64,000 nt of DNA from IMG/VR virus record IMGVR_UViG_3300021961_000085, positions 1,416-65,415 of that record, one strand, 5' to 3'. Positions within the stretch are counted from its first letter, which is position 1. Each line of letters begins with the position of its first letter. The DNA comes from a virus. Lineage: Duplodnaviria > Caudoviricetes. Under the pieces are notes generated by a model that saw only the letters and a program-made list of their open reading frames with translations, was not told the DNA's origin and made no database searches. A program made the translations under genes and the position numbers. Shown here in pieces: positions 40,526 through 49,132 of the stretch.

Positions 40526-41284
40526 TTAAAGAAAGTCAAGCACTTGATCATGATCGACGTTCTCAATTAATTTATTTACTGCCTGTCTTTTTAGCTGCGA
40601 TACACGCACGTATGCCGAGTCTCCTTTTATACCTATTTTTTCTGCAATCTTTATCGCTGGCAATTTATCACAATCAAGGCCGTAGGACAGTCGAAGAACT
40701 TCATACTCTTTTTCGTCTAGATGTTTCTTCAATAAGCTCTTCAGGTATATGTTTAGTATTTCCTGATTATATTCATCTGAATCATCTGGTATGTCAAACA
40801 CAGGATCATCTGGTTCTCTATCATCTATGCTAAGGAATATAGAGTTAAAGAACATTGCCACCATCTTTTCATCTTTGCCAAACGATTTTCGTATATCGTT
40901 TAATTTGTGCTCTGGTATGCGTATATCTCCTCTGTTTATATCGATTGCCCTACGTATAGCGCCTTTGATGCGTTTAGTTAGAAACGATTTCATCGTCTGC
41001 TCTTTGTTTTCTGACTTGTTGAATACATCCCAATTAAGTCTATCAACAGCACTAACTAAACCTATGTGCCCGAACTGAATCAAATCAAGCACGCTCAATG
41101 TGCCCACGGCTTGCTGAGATGTCGGGAATTTCTTTGCTATATTTTCTACTAGTGGTAAGAACTTAATGATCAACTCGTCGCGTGTGTATTTGGAATAGTT
41201 GTCGTCATAGTCTGGAAGTCTAGCCACAGAGCTGATCACGTCGTTCTTATATCTATTGTAGTTTTGTAAGTTATACTTCTTCAT
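40526..41284 (-). CDS. Phage sigma70-family sigma factor
   Basis: Region 2 (LPLVENIAKKF, DLIQFGHIGLVSAVDR, IRIP) and region 4 (LDEKEYEVLRLSYGL, RVSQLKRQA). Confidence 0.88.
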   Translation of the reverse strand: MKKYNLQNYNRYKNDVISSVARLPDYDDNYSKYTRDELIIKFLPLVENIAKKFPTSQQAVGTLSVLDLIQFGHIGLVSAVDRLNWDVFNKSENKEQTMKSFLTKRIKGAIRRAIDINRGDIRIPEHKLNDIRKSFGKDEKMVAMFFNSIFLSIDDREPDDPVFDIPDDSDEYNQEILNIYLKSLLKKHLDEKEYEVLRLSYGLDCDKLPAIKIAEKIGIKGDSAYVRVSQLKRQAVNKLIENVDHDQVLDFL

Positions 41285-41885
41285 TTAATCTTTCTTTTTC
41301 TTGTTTTAGTTGACTAGACATGTTGCGATGCAATGTCCTGACTGTACAATGCAAGGCGCTAGCTAGTTTATCCATAGTTATTTTTTCTCCTTCATGATTT
41401 ATTTCTAACATACTAGTATAAATTAGATCTTCTGTTATTTTGCTACGACCTATTAATTTACCTACAATTCTAAGCTTTTCGCTGATCGTAAGAATAATAC
41501 CTGGTTTAAAAATAACTTTCCTGATTTTATTAACTGGTGGTTCGATGCTACCTGTTATAACTTCATCGATCATTTCGTTTAATACTTTCTGTTTTATAAA
41601 GAATGTAACAAATCCGTTTTCTTTATTTGCTATAAATCTAAACACATGTTCCATAACTTCTGGTGTTTCATTTTCATTTAGAAACTGCAGTACTAGTAAA
41701 TGCCATTTGAGAGATTTATAGGTTGTGATCTTTGCCTTACTCGTAAACAATGTGTAGCATTGGTGTGTACCATTTTCATAGTACATGTACACATCGGTCT
41801 CAGACGTAGGCTGATCACTCCAAGGCAAACACCTTGTTACGATTCTTCTATCATGCAACCATTTTATTTTTCTGTTATGTGACAT
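41271..41885 (-). CDS. DNA-binding protein with C-terminal HTH (Rep- or regulator-like)
   Basis: KITMDKLASALHCTVRTLHRNM HTH; start is 41885 (MSHNRK) or 41924, both inside the 46-bp site. Confidence 0.6.
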   Translation of the reverse strand: MSHNRKIKWLHDRRIVTRCLPWSDQPTSETDVYMYYENGTHQCYTLFTSKAKITTYKSLKWHLLVLQFLNENETPEVMEHVFRFIANKENGFVTFFIKQKVLNEMIDEVITGSIEPPVNKIRKVIFKPGIILTISEKLRIVGKLIGRSKITEDLIYTSMLEINHEGEKITMDKLASALHCTVRTLHRNMSSQLKQEKERLNEEV

Positions 41886-41924
41886 TTGCCCCTTACTTGT
41901 TATAGTCTTATAGGCTATTGTCAT
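41879..41924. repeat. 46-bp imperfect palindromic site, copy 1
   Basis: GTGACATTTGCC...GGCTATTGTCAT; reverse complement aligns to 50807-50852. Confidence 0.75.
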
Positions 41925-41934
41925 AGCCCTGTGT

Positions 41935-42282
41935 TTAATCTTCTAAAAATTCTGTTGTTATTACTCTATCAACAAAAAACTCTTGCTTTTTATATATAGT
42001 TTCATTTTTCATAAAAACAATTAAATCTGCTCCTTCATAATTACAAAAATATATTGCTTCGTTTTTCGATGGTTTATTCACTCGTCCTCTTAGTAATACC
42101 CCGTAGTCCTCTTGGCCTCTTAAATTATGCATCATGAATGAATCTATGTCTGATAACTTAAACTTAGAATCGATAGTCATTTGTACTTTACCAGTGGTAT
42201 CACCATTGTAAAGCTCTTCGTCTTGTGCGTGCAATACAGATACAATTGGTATTGCTAACGCGATTAATAATAATTTCTTCAT
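41935..42282 (-). CDS. Exported protein with signal peptide
   Basis: MKKLLLIALAIPIVSVLHA|Q. Confidence 0.6.
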   Translation of the reverse strand: MKKLLLIALAIPIVSVLHAQDEELYNGDTTGKVQMTIDSKFKLSDIDSFMMHNLRGQEDYGVLLRGRVNKPSKNEAIYFCNYEGADLIVFMKNETIYKKQEFFVDRVITTEFLED

Positions 42283-42283
42283 T

Positions 42284-42739
42284 TTATTTATATATATATT
42301 CTGTTTTGTTTGCTACTGTGTGTTTTTCTCCAATATAATAGTTCCAATAAGCTATAACACTGTCACTATGTTTGTATTGATCAGGCATAGCTTGTGGTGG
42401 CTGTTTAAAACCACGCTTAGGTATTCTTGGTGGTAGTTTGTGTAATACATCTTTGCACTTCTGAATAACTAAATGATCTTTGCCATACCTATTTTTATAT
42501 TCCTGTCCTAATGCTAGCATGTGGATGTATAACCATTCGTAATGCTCATTGCTTTCTCTAACCCACTTACTTGATGGGTGGTTTACATGCGTCATTTTGT
42601 ATGGCACATCGTCATTTCCAAAGTAATGATGCGCTGTGCATAGCATTTGTGCTGATTCGAGCACCATCTTAACAACGTGCTTGTTGTACTGCTTTTCTGC
42701 TGCCTTAACTGGGCATTCGTCTAGATAAAATATATTCAT
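42284..42739 (-). CDS. Pyrimidine-dimer DNA glycosylase (DenV-like)
   Basis: MNIFYLD, KHVVKMVLESAQML, THVNHPSSKWVRES, PPQAMPDQYK. Confidence 0.8.
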   Translation of the reverse strand: MNIFYLDECPVKAAEKQYNKHVVKMVLESAQMLCTAHHYFGNDDVPYKMTHVNHPSSKWVRESNEHYEWLYIHMLALGQEYKNRYGKDHLVIQKCKDVLHKLPPRIPKRGFKQPPQAMPDQYKHSDSVIAYWNYYIGEKHTVANKTEYIYK

Positions 42740-43245
42740 TTAATTTTCTTTATTTGTTTTATATAACCCTTTGCCTCGGCATACTTACCATCTATGTTTT
42801 TAAGATACTTATTCTGTACCCTTACGTAGTCTTTAAGACAGTTTTTATACGTCGCATATACATTATGCCCACGATTTTTTCCTATGCTCAGAGGGGACCT
42901 AGAATTGCGTATACCTGCTAAGTTTTTATTCTCACGGCATATCGCAGACTTATAGTGTCCTGTTTCTATTTTAAACTGTGCAATAGCCACATTTGGTAGT
43001 ACGCACCCAAGCTTTACAAGCTCTGCGGTTATTGCTGAGTCTGTTAGCTTTATGTCTGTTTCTTTGATCATGATAGTATCAGTTGTAGTTATAGTTTTAA
43101 CTTTTCTAATAATTTCAGGATCGCGCGATAGTAGAACAGCTATTGTCACCGTACTTACTACTAGCAACGCAAAGAATGGTATTCGATAATCTACGCATTC
43201 TTCTGGTTCTAATGTCTCTTTATCTACTTTGTATATTCTTTTCAT
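42736..43245 (-). CDS. Membrane-anchored glucosaminidase (GH73 / FlgJ-like)
   Basis: N-terminal TM helix; IAQFKIETG, NKNLAGI, KYAEAKGY. Confidence 0.7.
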   Translation of the reverse strand: MKRIYKVDKETLEPEECVDYRIPFFALLVVSTVTIAVLLSRDPEIIRKVKTITTTDTIMIKETDIKLTDSAITAELVKLGCVLPNVAIAQFKIETGHYKSAICRENKNLAGIRNSRSPLSIGKNRGHNVYATYKNCLKDYVRVQNKYLKNIDGKYAEAKGYIKQIKKIK

Positions 43246-43256
43246 GACTTAGTTAT

Positions 43257-44099
43257 TCATTCGTAATCTCGTATTGCTTTAAACTGTGGATGCCTGTAAC
43301 TGCCTGCATTTGTGCGCTGAAAGTATGTAAACGTAGCGCTTTTACCAATGAAAAGGTCTACATTAGCTAACATCCATGCCAAATGTTTGTGTTTAAAGCC
43401 TTTGCCTGGAGGACAGCCGAACTTGACACCTTTAGAATCTATCATTATGAACTTACCTATAGTGCCTTCGCGCTTTCCTTTACCTGGCACGTAGTCGATA
43501 ATTGTTGCTTCGTCGTCAGAAAAGTCTTTGAATTTCATTAAGTGAAAAGATCTTCTGTTAACATATGGTCTGTTTAGACGCAATATTGAGCCTTCGTAGC
43601 CGCGTTTTAAGAACTTTTTATGTAAATCTACAGATACGTCATGACTTTCAGTTATATGTGTCTCTATGAGCTTTATGTGGCTGTTGAATATGTCTAAGCC
43701 AGACAACATAGCCATGCGTTTGTCGTAGTCTATTGACAATGGACCCATGAAGTCATAGATATGATATTGCACTAGCTGTTTTGCTTCAGCCTTGTGCTCT
43801 TTAGTTGGTTTAGTTTTGCGCACTAAAGATATTATCTTTTCGAAGTCGTGCTTTAAATCGTGGTTGTACAACTCGCCATCAAGAGTAATAAACGGATAGT
43901 CTTTGAAGAAATTTTTAAGATCTTTTTCAATGTGATCTACATTCATAAATCTTTTACCTGTTCTAGAAAACGCACCGTCTTTAGTGAACAAGCAACGTAC
44001 GCCGTCAAGTTTTGGTTGCATAAATACTACGTCATCTGTGTAATCTACACGGCTATTGTCATATTTTTGCGCGAGCATTGGTTTTAATTGTTTATTCAT
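43257..44099 (-). CDS. lig: ATP-dependent DNA ligase
   Basis: PKLDGVR (KxDG), LDGELY, YHIYD, YEGSILR, LMKFK, YRHP. Confidence 0.92.
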   Translation of the reverse strand: MNKQLKPMLAQKYDNSRVDYTDDVVFMQPKLDGVRCLFTKDGAFSRTGKRFMNVDHIEKDLKNFFKDYPFITLDGELYNHDLKHDFEKIISLVRKTKPTKEHKAEAKQLVQYHIYDFMGPLSIDYDKRMAMLSGLDIFNSHIKLIETHITESHDVSVDLHKKFLKRGYEGSILRLNRPYVNRRSFHLMKFKDFSDDEATIIDYVPGKGKREGTIGKFIMIDSKGVKFGCPPGKGFKHKHLAWMLANVDLFIGKSATFTYFQRTNAGSYRHPQFKAIRDYE

Positions 44100-44106
44100 A
44101 TATTAT

Positions 44107-44136
44107 TATTATCGTGTGGTGTTCGTTGTTTGTTTG
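44107..44136 (-). promoter_or_regulatory. Class-1 promoter-like motif
   Basis: CAA-N8-CGA-N8-CGATAATA, 7 nt before the ligase ATG. Confidence 0.7.
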
Positions 44137-44331
44137 TTATAATATTACATTTGTGACTGCGTCCATTATTATTTTCTCTTGAAGCTTTATGAAGTCTTCA
44201 TCATTTAATGTGTCCACCCATACAAACTCATCACCTTCTAAAACCTCTTGTGCAGCAACTATAATTCTCACTGCTAATTCTTTTTCAGCATTTTTCAACT
44301 GATCTTTTTCTTCTTGACTTAATTTTAACAT
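44137..44331 (-). CDS. Hypothetical protein
   Basis: Fits the tightly packed operon. Confidence 0.55.
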   Translation of the reverse strand: MLKLSQEEKDQLKNAEKELAVRIIVAAQEVLEGDEFVWVDTLNDEDFIKLQEKIIMDAVTNVIL

Positions 44332-44334
44332 TTT

Positions 44335-44748
44335 TTATTTTTTTATTTGTTCTACTTGTATTTTATTCATTTTTAATAAGTTAAGACCTTTTGTAGATCC
44401 TTCATAAATCTCATCAAACACAACTCGTTTAATTCCTGCTTGTACTATTAGTTTCGAGCACTCGTCACATGGAGATAGCGTAGTATACATTGTTGCACCG
44501 TCTGACGATGACGTACTTTTTGCCACCTTAACTATAGCGTTTGATTCAGCATGAAGCACTATCCATCTAGTTTTGCCGCTAAACTCACATTTATTCGACA
44601 TTCCAGATGGCGTACCATTATAACCGAAAGATAATATGTTGTTATCTTTCACTATAATAGCACCAACCTGCTTGCGTTGGCAATAGCTTAACGAGCTAAT
44701 TTCATGCGCTATGCTCATATATATTGCATCAATCCGATCCGACTTCAT
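44335..44748 (-). CDS. dCMP deaminase
   Basis: VGAIIV, GYNGTPSG, HAESNAI, SPCDEC. Confidence 0.92.
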   Translation of the reverse strand: MKSDRIDAIYMSIAHEISSLSYCQRKQVGAIIVKDNNILSFGYNGTPSGMSNKCEFSGKTRWIVLHAESNAIVKVAKSTSSSDGATMYTTLSPCDECSKLIVQAGIKRVVFDEIYEGSTKGLNLLKMNKIQVEQIKK

Positions 44749-45148
44749 CTATTAATTCATTTAGCTTTGTGTTGTACATTTCTTCATATAATCTTTCTAC
44801 TGCTTCAGCTATGTTCCAATTACCCATTTCGTATTCATCTATGTATATGTATAAACCAGACTTCATAGCGTCTATTAATTTGTCAAATCTATCTGACTCG
44901 TAGTAATAAACATTCTCTCCAATATTTATGCGATTTGGATCTTCTGTTGTTATATACACTGAATAACCATCAACTGTTGTTTCTTCATAGAAAAATATGT
45001 CTGCTACTGCCGAAAATGTATGCACAAATTCAAAATTATACTCTAATTGTACCCAGTGCAGCATTTCGTCTGTATCTAGATCATCTATACTTTTGAGACC
45101 TCGAGATTCCAACTTTTCTGTAAGTTCTTTCATTTTATCCTCTGTCAT
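44729..45148 (-). CDS. Acidic hypothetical protein
   Basis: 139 aa, overlaps neighbours. Confidence 0.6.
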   Translation of the reverse strand: MTEDKMKELTEKLESRGLKSIDDLDTDEMLHWVQLEYNFEFVHTFSAVADIFFYEETTVDGYSVYITTEDPNRINIGENVYYYESDRFDKLIDAMKSGLYIYIDEYEMGNWNIAEAVERLYEEMYNTKLNELIDEVGSD

Positions 45149-45384
45149 AGTTCCTCCTTATCAAAAAAGCAATCACCAAATTTAATGTCCATCACTGAAA
45201 TATCAGACGTTAAAACTTCTGAAAATACTTGCAATGCTGTTACTTGTGCGATAGTAAGATCACTATAAACGTACTTGTCTTTTAGTGATTCATAAATAAG
45301 ATCAACAGAAAACTTCCATCGATCACGGTTTCGCTCTAGATTTAACTTGAGCTCTGGCTTTAGTCTTTCTAATAATGTTTTCAT
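45145..45384 (-). CDS. Hypothetical protein
   Basis: Downstream of a class-1 motif. Confidence 0.6.
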   Translation of the reverse strand: MKTLLERLKPELKLNLERNRDRWKFSVDLIYESLKDKYVYSDLTIAQVTALQVFSEVLTSDISVMDIKFGDCFFDKEEL

Positions 45385-45402
45385 ATAATTTAATTTTTTA
45401 TT

Positions 45403-45432
45403 TAATATCCTATTGTCATCGTAAATGCTTTG
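45403..45432 (-). promoter_or_regulatory. Class-1 promoter-like motif
   Basis: CAA-N8-CGA-N8-GGATATTA. Confidence 0.6.
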
Positions 45433-45640
45433 AAACGTCTTTAACAGCCATATTAAATTGCCTTATAAACATTAATTTTACTGTTTCATCCATGATAGCG
45501 TTGCCAACTTCGTCCAATGGTAAGCCTTCAAATATGTGCGAATAGTCTTTAATTACTCTATCTATTATATCGTAACGCATGATTTCAAACATATCCTCAG
45601 CTAGATTGCTAGCTATATTATCTACAATTTCTTTATTCAT
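45416..45640 (-). CDS. Hypothetical protein
   Basis: Operon packing. Confidence 0.55.
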   Translation of the reverse strand: MNKEIVDNIASNLAEDMFEIMRYDIIDRVIKDYSHIFEGLPLDEVGNAIMDETVKLMFIRQFNMAVKDVSKHLR

Positions 45641-45641
45641 A

Positions 45642-45911
45642 TCAATTTCCTTTTTCTATTGTGCCTTCTTTTGTGACCATAAAAGCTATTTGATCTAATT
45701 TATGACCTGCCGTGGCAAGAAATACCCGAACTTGAAAAGTTATGTCGCGATCGGTGCCATTGAGCTTTAGCGAAGAAACATCGTATTTGTACACTTTGCC
45801 ATCGCTCTGATCAAGAACCCAAACGTATTGTCTAGTTTTCTTGACTTTAGCATTAAACAACATATCTTCTATGTTTTCTAAGAAATCTTGCCAGTCTTTG
45901 TCATTTTTCAT
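45642..45911 (-). CDS. Hypothetical protein
   Basis: Directly downstream of a class-1 motif. Confidence 0.6.
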   Translation of the reverse strand: MKNDKDWQDFLENIEDMLFNAKVKKTRQYVWVLDQSDGKVYKYDVSSLKLNGTDRDITFQVRVFLATAGHKLDQIAFMVTKEGTIEKGN

Positions 45912-45917
45912 TTGTTA

Positions 45918-45947
45918 TATTATCGTTAAGTGTTCGTTTTTTGTTTG
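45918..45947 (-). promoter_or_regulatory. Class-1 promoter-like motif
   Basis: CAA-N8-CGA-N8-CGATAATA. Confidence 0.7.
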
Positions 45948-46396
45948 TATTGCTCTGGTTGCGTAAGATATTTTCTTACTTCGTGCCAATCTTCAAATGG
46001 TTTTTGACCAAAATGTATGTGCTTGCCCTTGAATTCACCTGCACCATTAGCTGTTCTATCGTCAATTAAGAAATCACCGATCATAAGATCTTTACGATGC
46101 GATAAGATTAGACGTTTATAAGCTAACTTACGCAAGTTTGTAGCACACCAAATACGCTTATCCGTCCAAGCATTTACGTTATTCCATGGAGCGGTTGATA
46201 AAAAATATACTTCATAATAAGTTTGAAGTACTGCTATAGATGATAAAGCATTTTCCATCATTGGTGGATCAAGGAATAGTTCCTTGTCAAATGATGTTGC
46301 TGCACCTATATTTACGTTTTCACCGTGTCTTTTCTTTGCGTGTGATTCAAGATCAACTACAACACCGTCAAGATCTATATATAGTATTTTTTTCAT
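45926..46396 (-). CDS. HAD-family 5'(3')-deoxyribonucleotidase
   Basis: YIDLDGVVVD, LSTAPW, K, LIDDR. Confidence 0.85.
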   Translation of the reverse strand: MKKILYIDLDGVVVDLESHAKKRHGENVNIGAATSFDKELFLDPPMMENALSSIAVLQTYYEVYFLSTAPWNNVNAWTDKRIWCATNLRKLAYKRLILSHRKDLMIGDFLIDDRTANGAGEFKGKHIHFGQKPFEDWHEVRKYLTQPEQYKQKTNT

Positions 46397-46818
46397 AATT
46401 TTATAAGTTTGTAAACCTCTTTTGCTTCTTCTTCTGCCCAGGTTATTATTTCTTCTTCTTTGTTTATGTCGTAGTTATGTCTTGAAAATGATTGATGTGT
46501 TAACTCGTGCATTACTAATGCAAAAAGCTCTATGTCATCATTAGCTCTTGACATATTTATAAAAACAAACTCATGAGTTTTATCAGGCGCGATATTAGAC
46601 CACCCTGCTATATAAGCTTGTTTGCTGGAATTTACATGACACTTACAGTCTTTTTTGCTTAATCCATGCATACTGTCTACTTTGTAGTAGTCAAATATTT
46701 CGCATGGATTATTACTTAGCAGTAAAGTATAGCCATTTCTTTGTATTGTTTTCATCTGAGAGAATAAAAAGGTATTAAAACTTATCAAACCTAAAGCGGT
46801 TAACATTATTTTCTTCAT
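46393..46818 (-). CDS. Signal-peptide-bearing zincin-like protein
   Basis: MKKIMLTALGLISFNTFLFS|Q; MHELTH...EEEII. Confidence 0.6.
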   Translation of the reverse strand: MKKIMLTALGLISFNTFLFSQMKTIQRNGYTLLLSNNPCEIFDYYKVDSMHGLSKKDCKCHVNSSKQAYIAGWSNIAPDKTHEFVFINMSRANDDIELFALVMHELTHQSFSRHNYDINKEEEIITWAEEEAKEVYKLIKL

Positions 46819-46822
46819 AATG

Positions 46823-47032
46823 CTAATCCTCTTCGCCTTCTTCGTACCATTCTGTCATTCTTTCTAAGACTTCCTCGTTGTCTACTATTTGCTGCGCTAT
46901 AGCAAACACTCTTTTAAATCCTGCTAATTCATAAGGGGTGAAGTCATACAGATCTCCATCTTCGATTGCATTTAAGCAATCCATCATTGCTTTGGCCGTA
47001 TTTTCAAAACGGCAATAACTCATATTCATCAT
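46823..47032 (-). CDS. Conserved small phage protein
   Basis: NMSYCRFENT motif. Confidence 0.65.
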   Translation of the reverse strand: MMNMSYCRFENTAKAMMDCLNAIEDGDLYDFTPYELAGFKRVFAIAQQIVDNEEVLERMTEWYEEGEED

Positions 47033-47046
47033 ATTTCTTTTAATTA

Positions 47047-47313
47047 TTAATAAAAACTGTTAACCCAATTTGTAAATTCTGTAGCTGAAGTAATGCCATC
47101 TACATCATCTCCTAAAGGAAAAGGATGTGTTAAGTCTTCGAAGTAAGCTCGACATTCAACAAGATCCCATGTGTAAACTGCTGCAAAACTGTGATCTTCT
47201 TCAAAATCATGTATAGAAATAGAATAATTCTTTTCATTTATTTCTATCTTGTCAAAAGATCTTAACAATTTCATTGCTTCAAGCTTTGTTTTTGTTGCTT
47301 TAATATCTATCAT
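47047..47313 (-). CDS. Hypothetical protein
   Basis: Coupled (TAATG) to the upstream gene. Confidence 0.6.
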   Translation of the reverse strand: MIDIKATKTKLEAMKLLRSFDKIEINEKNYSISIHDFEEDHSFAAVYTWDLVECRAYFEDLTHPFPLGDDVDGITSATEFTNWVNSFY

Positions 47314-47630
47314 TATTTTTTTAAATTTAATATATTAAAAAATTGAACTCCTTTCTCGATTAAACTCTCGGCTCGAGCCAATCGTCTATTACTATCATGT
47401 ATGTAACTGCTCTTGTTAGGTGTTACTCCTAAATCTATCATTGAGAAGTTAAATTCCCACTTACCACCCACGAATCGTTCACCCGTAAATCGCTCAACAG
47501 CATTGTAGCATTCATAAGTCATTTTTAACTTGCATCCACTTGCTTCTATCGTGTCTTGGATGATCACTACATCGTGAGATCTTTCTTGATCATGCAGTTT
47601 ACTTCGATAAAGTTCTTTTATTTTTTTCAT
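47313..47630 (-). CDS. Hypothetical protein
   Basis: Operon packing. Confidence 0.6.
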   Translation of the reverse strand: MKKIKELYRSKLHDQERSHDVVIIQDTIEASGCKLKMTYECYNAVERFTGERFVGGKWEFNFSMIDLGVTPNKSSYIHDSNRRLARAESLIEKGVQFFNILNLKK

Positions 47631-47635
47631 TAGAT

Positions 47636-47827
47636 TTATTTTTTATCGGTTAATTTAATTCTTCTTGTCCTTGGAAATCCTTTTGCCTTTCCCGTTGGAG
47701 TAGCAAACGTTGGTTCTAACGTATAGTAAACATTCCAACCATAAAAATTTACATAAAAAACCTTCGTCTTATTTCCTTTTTTTCTGATGTAATTTTGTGC
47801 CTCTTTAAGTGAATATTCTTTTACCAT
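47636..47827 (-). CDS. Small basic hypothetical protein
   Basis: Coupled to the upstream gene. Confidence 0.55.
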   Translation of the reverse strand: MVKEYSLKEAQNYIRKKGNKTKVFYVNFYGWNVYYTLEPTFATPTGKAKGFPRTRRIKLTDKK

Positions 47828-48276
47828 TATATGTTTTTATATCTTTTTTCTAATCTTACTTGCAATAATTCACTGTGTTGACGTATCATTGTGTCTCTAG
47901 TCCACTTACTAATTGTCATTTTTGGCTTTTGTACGTGGTTTTTAAGTATAAACTTAGCTAAAAACTCTTCACGCTGTTCTTGCAATTTGATGAGAACACG
48001 CTGGTAAGCTTTGTTTATTACTACTTTCTTTTGCAAATGACTCCACTCTGCTGTTTCAACAAGTCTCACTGGATTTATTTGATAGATCTGGCGAGGAGAT
48101 ATTTTCCTCACATAGCCTGTCGCATAAGTTGCAAACATCATTGGTCTTGTCTTACCGCTTGCTAGCACATCACGCTCTGGTAGAGCAAATACTTTAGTGC
48201 CGTTAGCTTTTTGCCTTGCTGTAGTTACTTCTTTCACTCCAAGCAAATCAAGTATTTCTAATGGTTTTAAATTCAT
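47827..48276 (-). CDS. Basic hypothetical protein
   Basis: Start reassigned to ATG 48276, directly after the tRNA-like element. Confidence 0.65.
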   Translation of the reverse strand: MNLKPLEILDLLGVKEVTTARQKANGTKVFALPERDVLASGKTRPMMFATYATGYVRKISPRQIYQINPVRLVETAEWSHLQKKVVINKAYQRVLIKLQEQREEFLAKFILKNHVQKPKMTISKWTRDTMIRQHSELLQVRLEKRYKNI

Positions 48277-48278
48277 AG

Positions 48279-48363
48279 TGGACGTGGCAGGAATCGAACC
48301 TGCGTCTGAGATACTGTCTTGCCGCAATTGGCGAAGATACTGTCTCGCTCACCTTTCACGCCC
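48279..48363 (-). ncRNA. tmRNA tRNA-like-domain (TLD) mimic A, 85 nt
   Basis: Acceptor GGGCGUG/CACGUCC-A with G3.U70; unpaired D-loop AAAGGUGAGC; T-arm GCAGG-UUCGAUU-CCUGC; no anticodon arm. Confidence 0.7.
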
Positions 48364-48370
48364 ATATTAG

Positions 48371-48589
48371 TTATAATGGATATATATCTTCCCACCCATC
48401 TACGGCATTATTATTATAATACCTAGCCTTTTTAGGTTCTACATACTCATCAGGCCAAATTGAATATTGCTCATTTGGAAACATCTCCTCTAAACTACTT
48501 AACAACTCATTAGCTTCCTCTAGTGAAAGTTGAGTTGTATGTTCTTCAGGATAATTTGTTTCATTCATTATCTTATATAATTCTTTCAT
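48371..48589 (-). CDS. Acidic hypothetical protein between the two TLD-like elements
   Basis: Start reassigned to ATG 48589. Confidence 0.65.
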   Translation of the reverse strand: MKELYKIMNETNYPEEHTTQLSLEEANELLSSLEEMFPNEQYSIWPDEYVEPKKARYYNNNAVDGWEDIYPL

Positions 48590-48591
48590 AG

Positions 48592-48694
48592 TGGACGTGG
48601 CAGGAGTCGAACCTGCGTTACAACACACTCGTACGTTTTTCGGTCGAATTACAGCATCACACTCATGCCTGTGTTGTCTGAACCTTTCACGCCC
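48592..48694 (-). ncRNA. tmRNA TLD mimic B, 103 nt
   Basis: Same acceptor stem; D-loop AAAGGUUCAGA; P2-like helix CAACACA/UGUGUUG; UAAC linker; T-arm GCAGG-UUCGACU-CCUGC. Confidence 0.7.
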
Positions 48695-48701
48695 ATGTAG
48701 G

Positions 48702-48914
48702 TTATCTTAGGCAAGTGCCATAACCTTTGCGTTTTGCAGATTTATTTATCTCGTCTGCGAGAGATTTTGGTAAGAATTGTACTTCATTACCTGTTTTATG
48801 GTTTACAATTTGCACTGCGCCATATTTTTCTGTCTTAGAGCAATCTACGCATGTAGTATAACTATACTTTATACGCACAGGGTGGATCGCATTACCGCAT
48901 CTACATATTTTCAT
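48702..48914 (-). CDS. DksA/TraR-type C4 zinc-finger protein
   Basis: CRCGNAIHPVRIKYSYTTCVDCS. Confidence 0.6.
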   Translation of the reverse strand: MKICRCGNAIHPVRIKYSYTTCVDCSKTEKYGAVQIVNHKTGNEVQFLPKSLADEINKSAKRKGYGTCLR

Positions 48915-48923
48915 AATCAAACA

Positions 48924-48953
48924 TATTATCGATCACTATCCGTTTTTCGATTG
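48924..48953 (-). promoter_or_regulatory. Class-1 promoter-like motif
   Basis: CAA-N8-CGG-N8-CGATAATA. Confidence 0.65.
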
Positions 48954-49132
48954 TCATCTATTAATCCATTTTCTATCAAGTCTCTTGCAGTTCTACCGAA
49001 CCACCCTTGTAGTTGATACGCTAATCCAGTATCATGAAGATACTGCCATGCTTCAATGATTTGATCTTCTGACTCGGCCTCTATGAAGCCTTCCGCCAGT
49101 CCTACTGCTGTGTAATTATCCATTTTATTCAT
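48926..49132 (-). CDS. Conserved small phage protein
   Basis: WQYLHDTGLAYQLQGWFGRTARDLIENG. Confidence 0.7.
   Translation of the reverse strand: MNKMDNYTAVGLAEGFIEAESEDQIIEAWQYLHDTGLAYQLQGWFGRTARDLIENGLIDDNRKTDSDR

Noticed and set aside
48279-48616. attP sites for integration into host ssrA
   Set aside because: No integrase in the window, and each element has both 5' and 3' halves rather than only a 3' fragment
48279-48694. Canonical tRNA genes or a full tmRNA
   Set aside because: No D-stem or 7-nt anticodon loop; too short for tmRNA and no ALAA-type tag frame; the internal MSVML* mini-ORF is unconvincing
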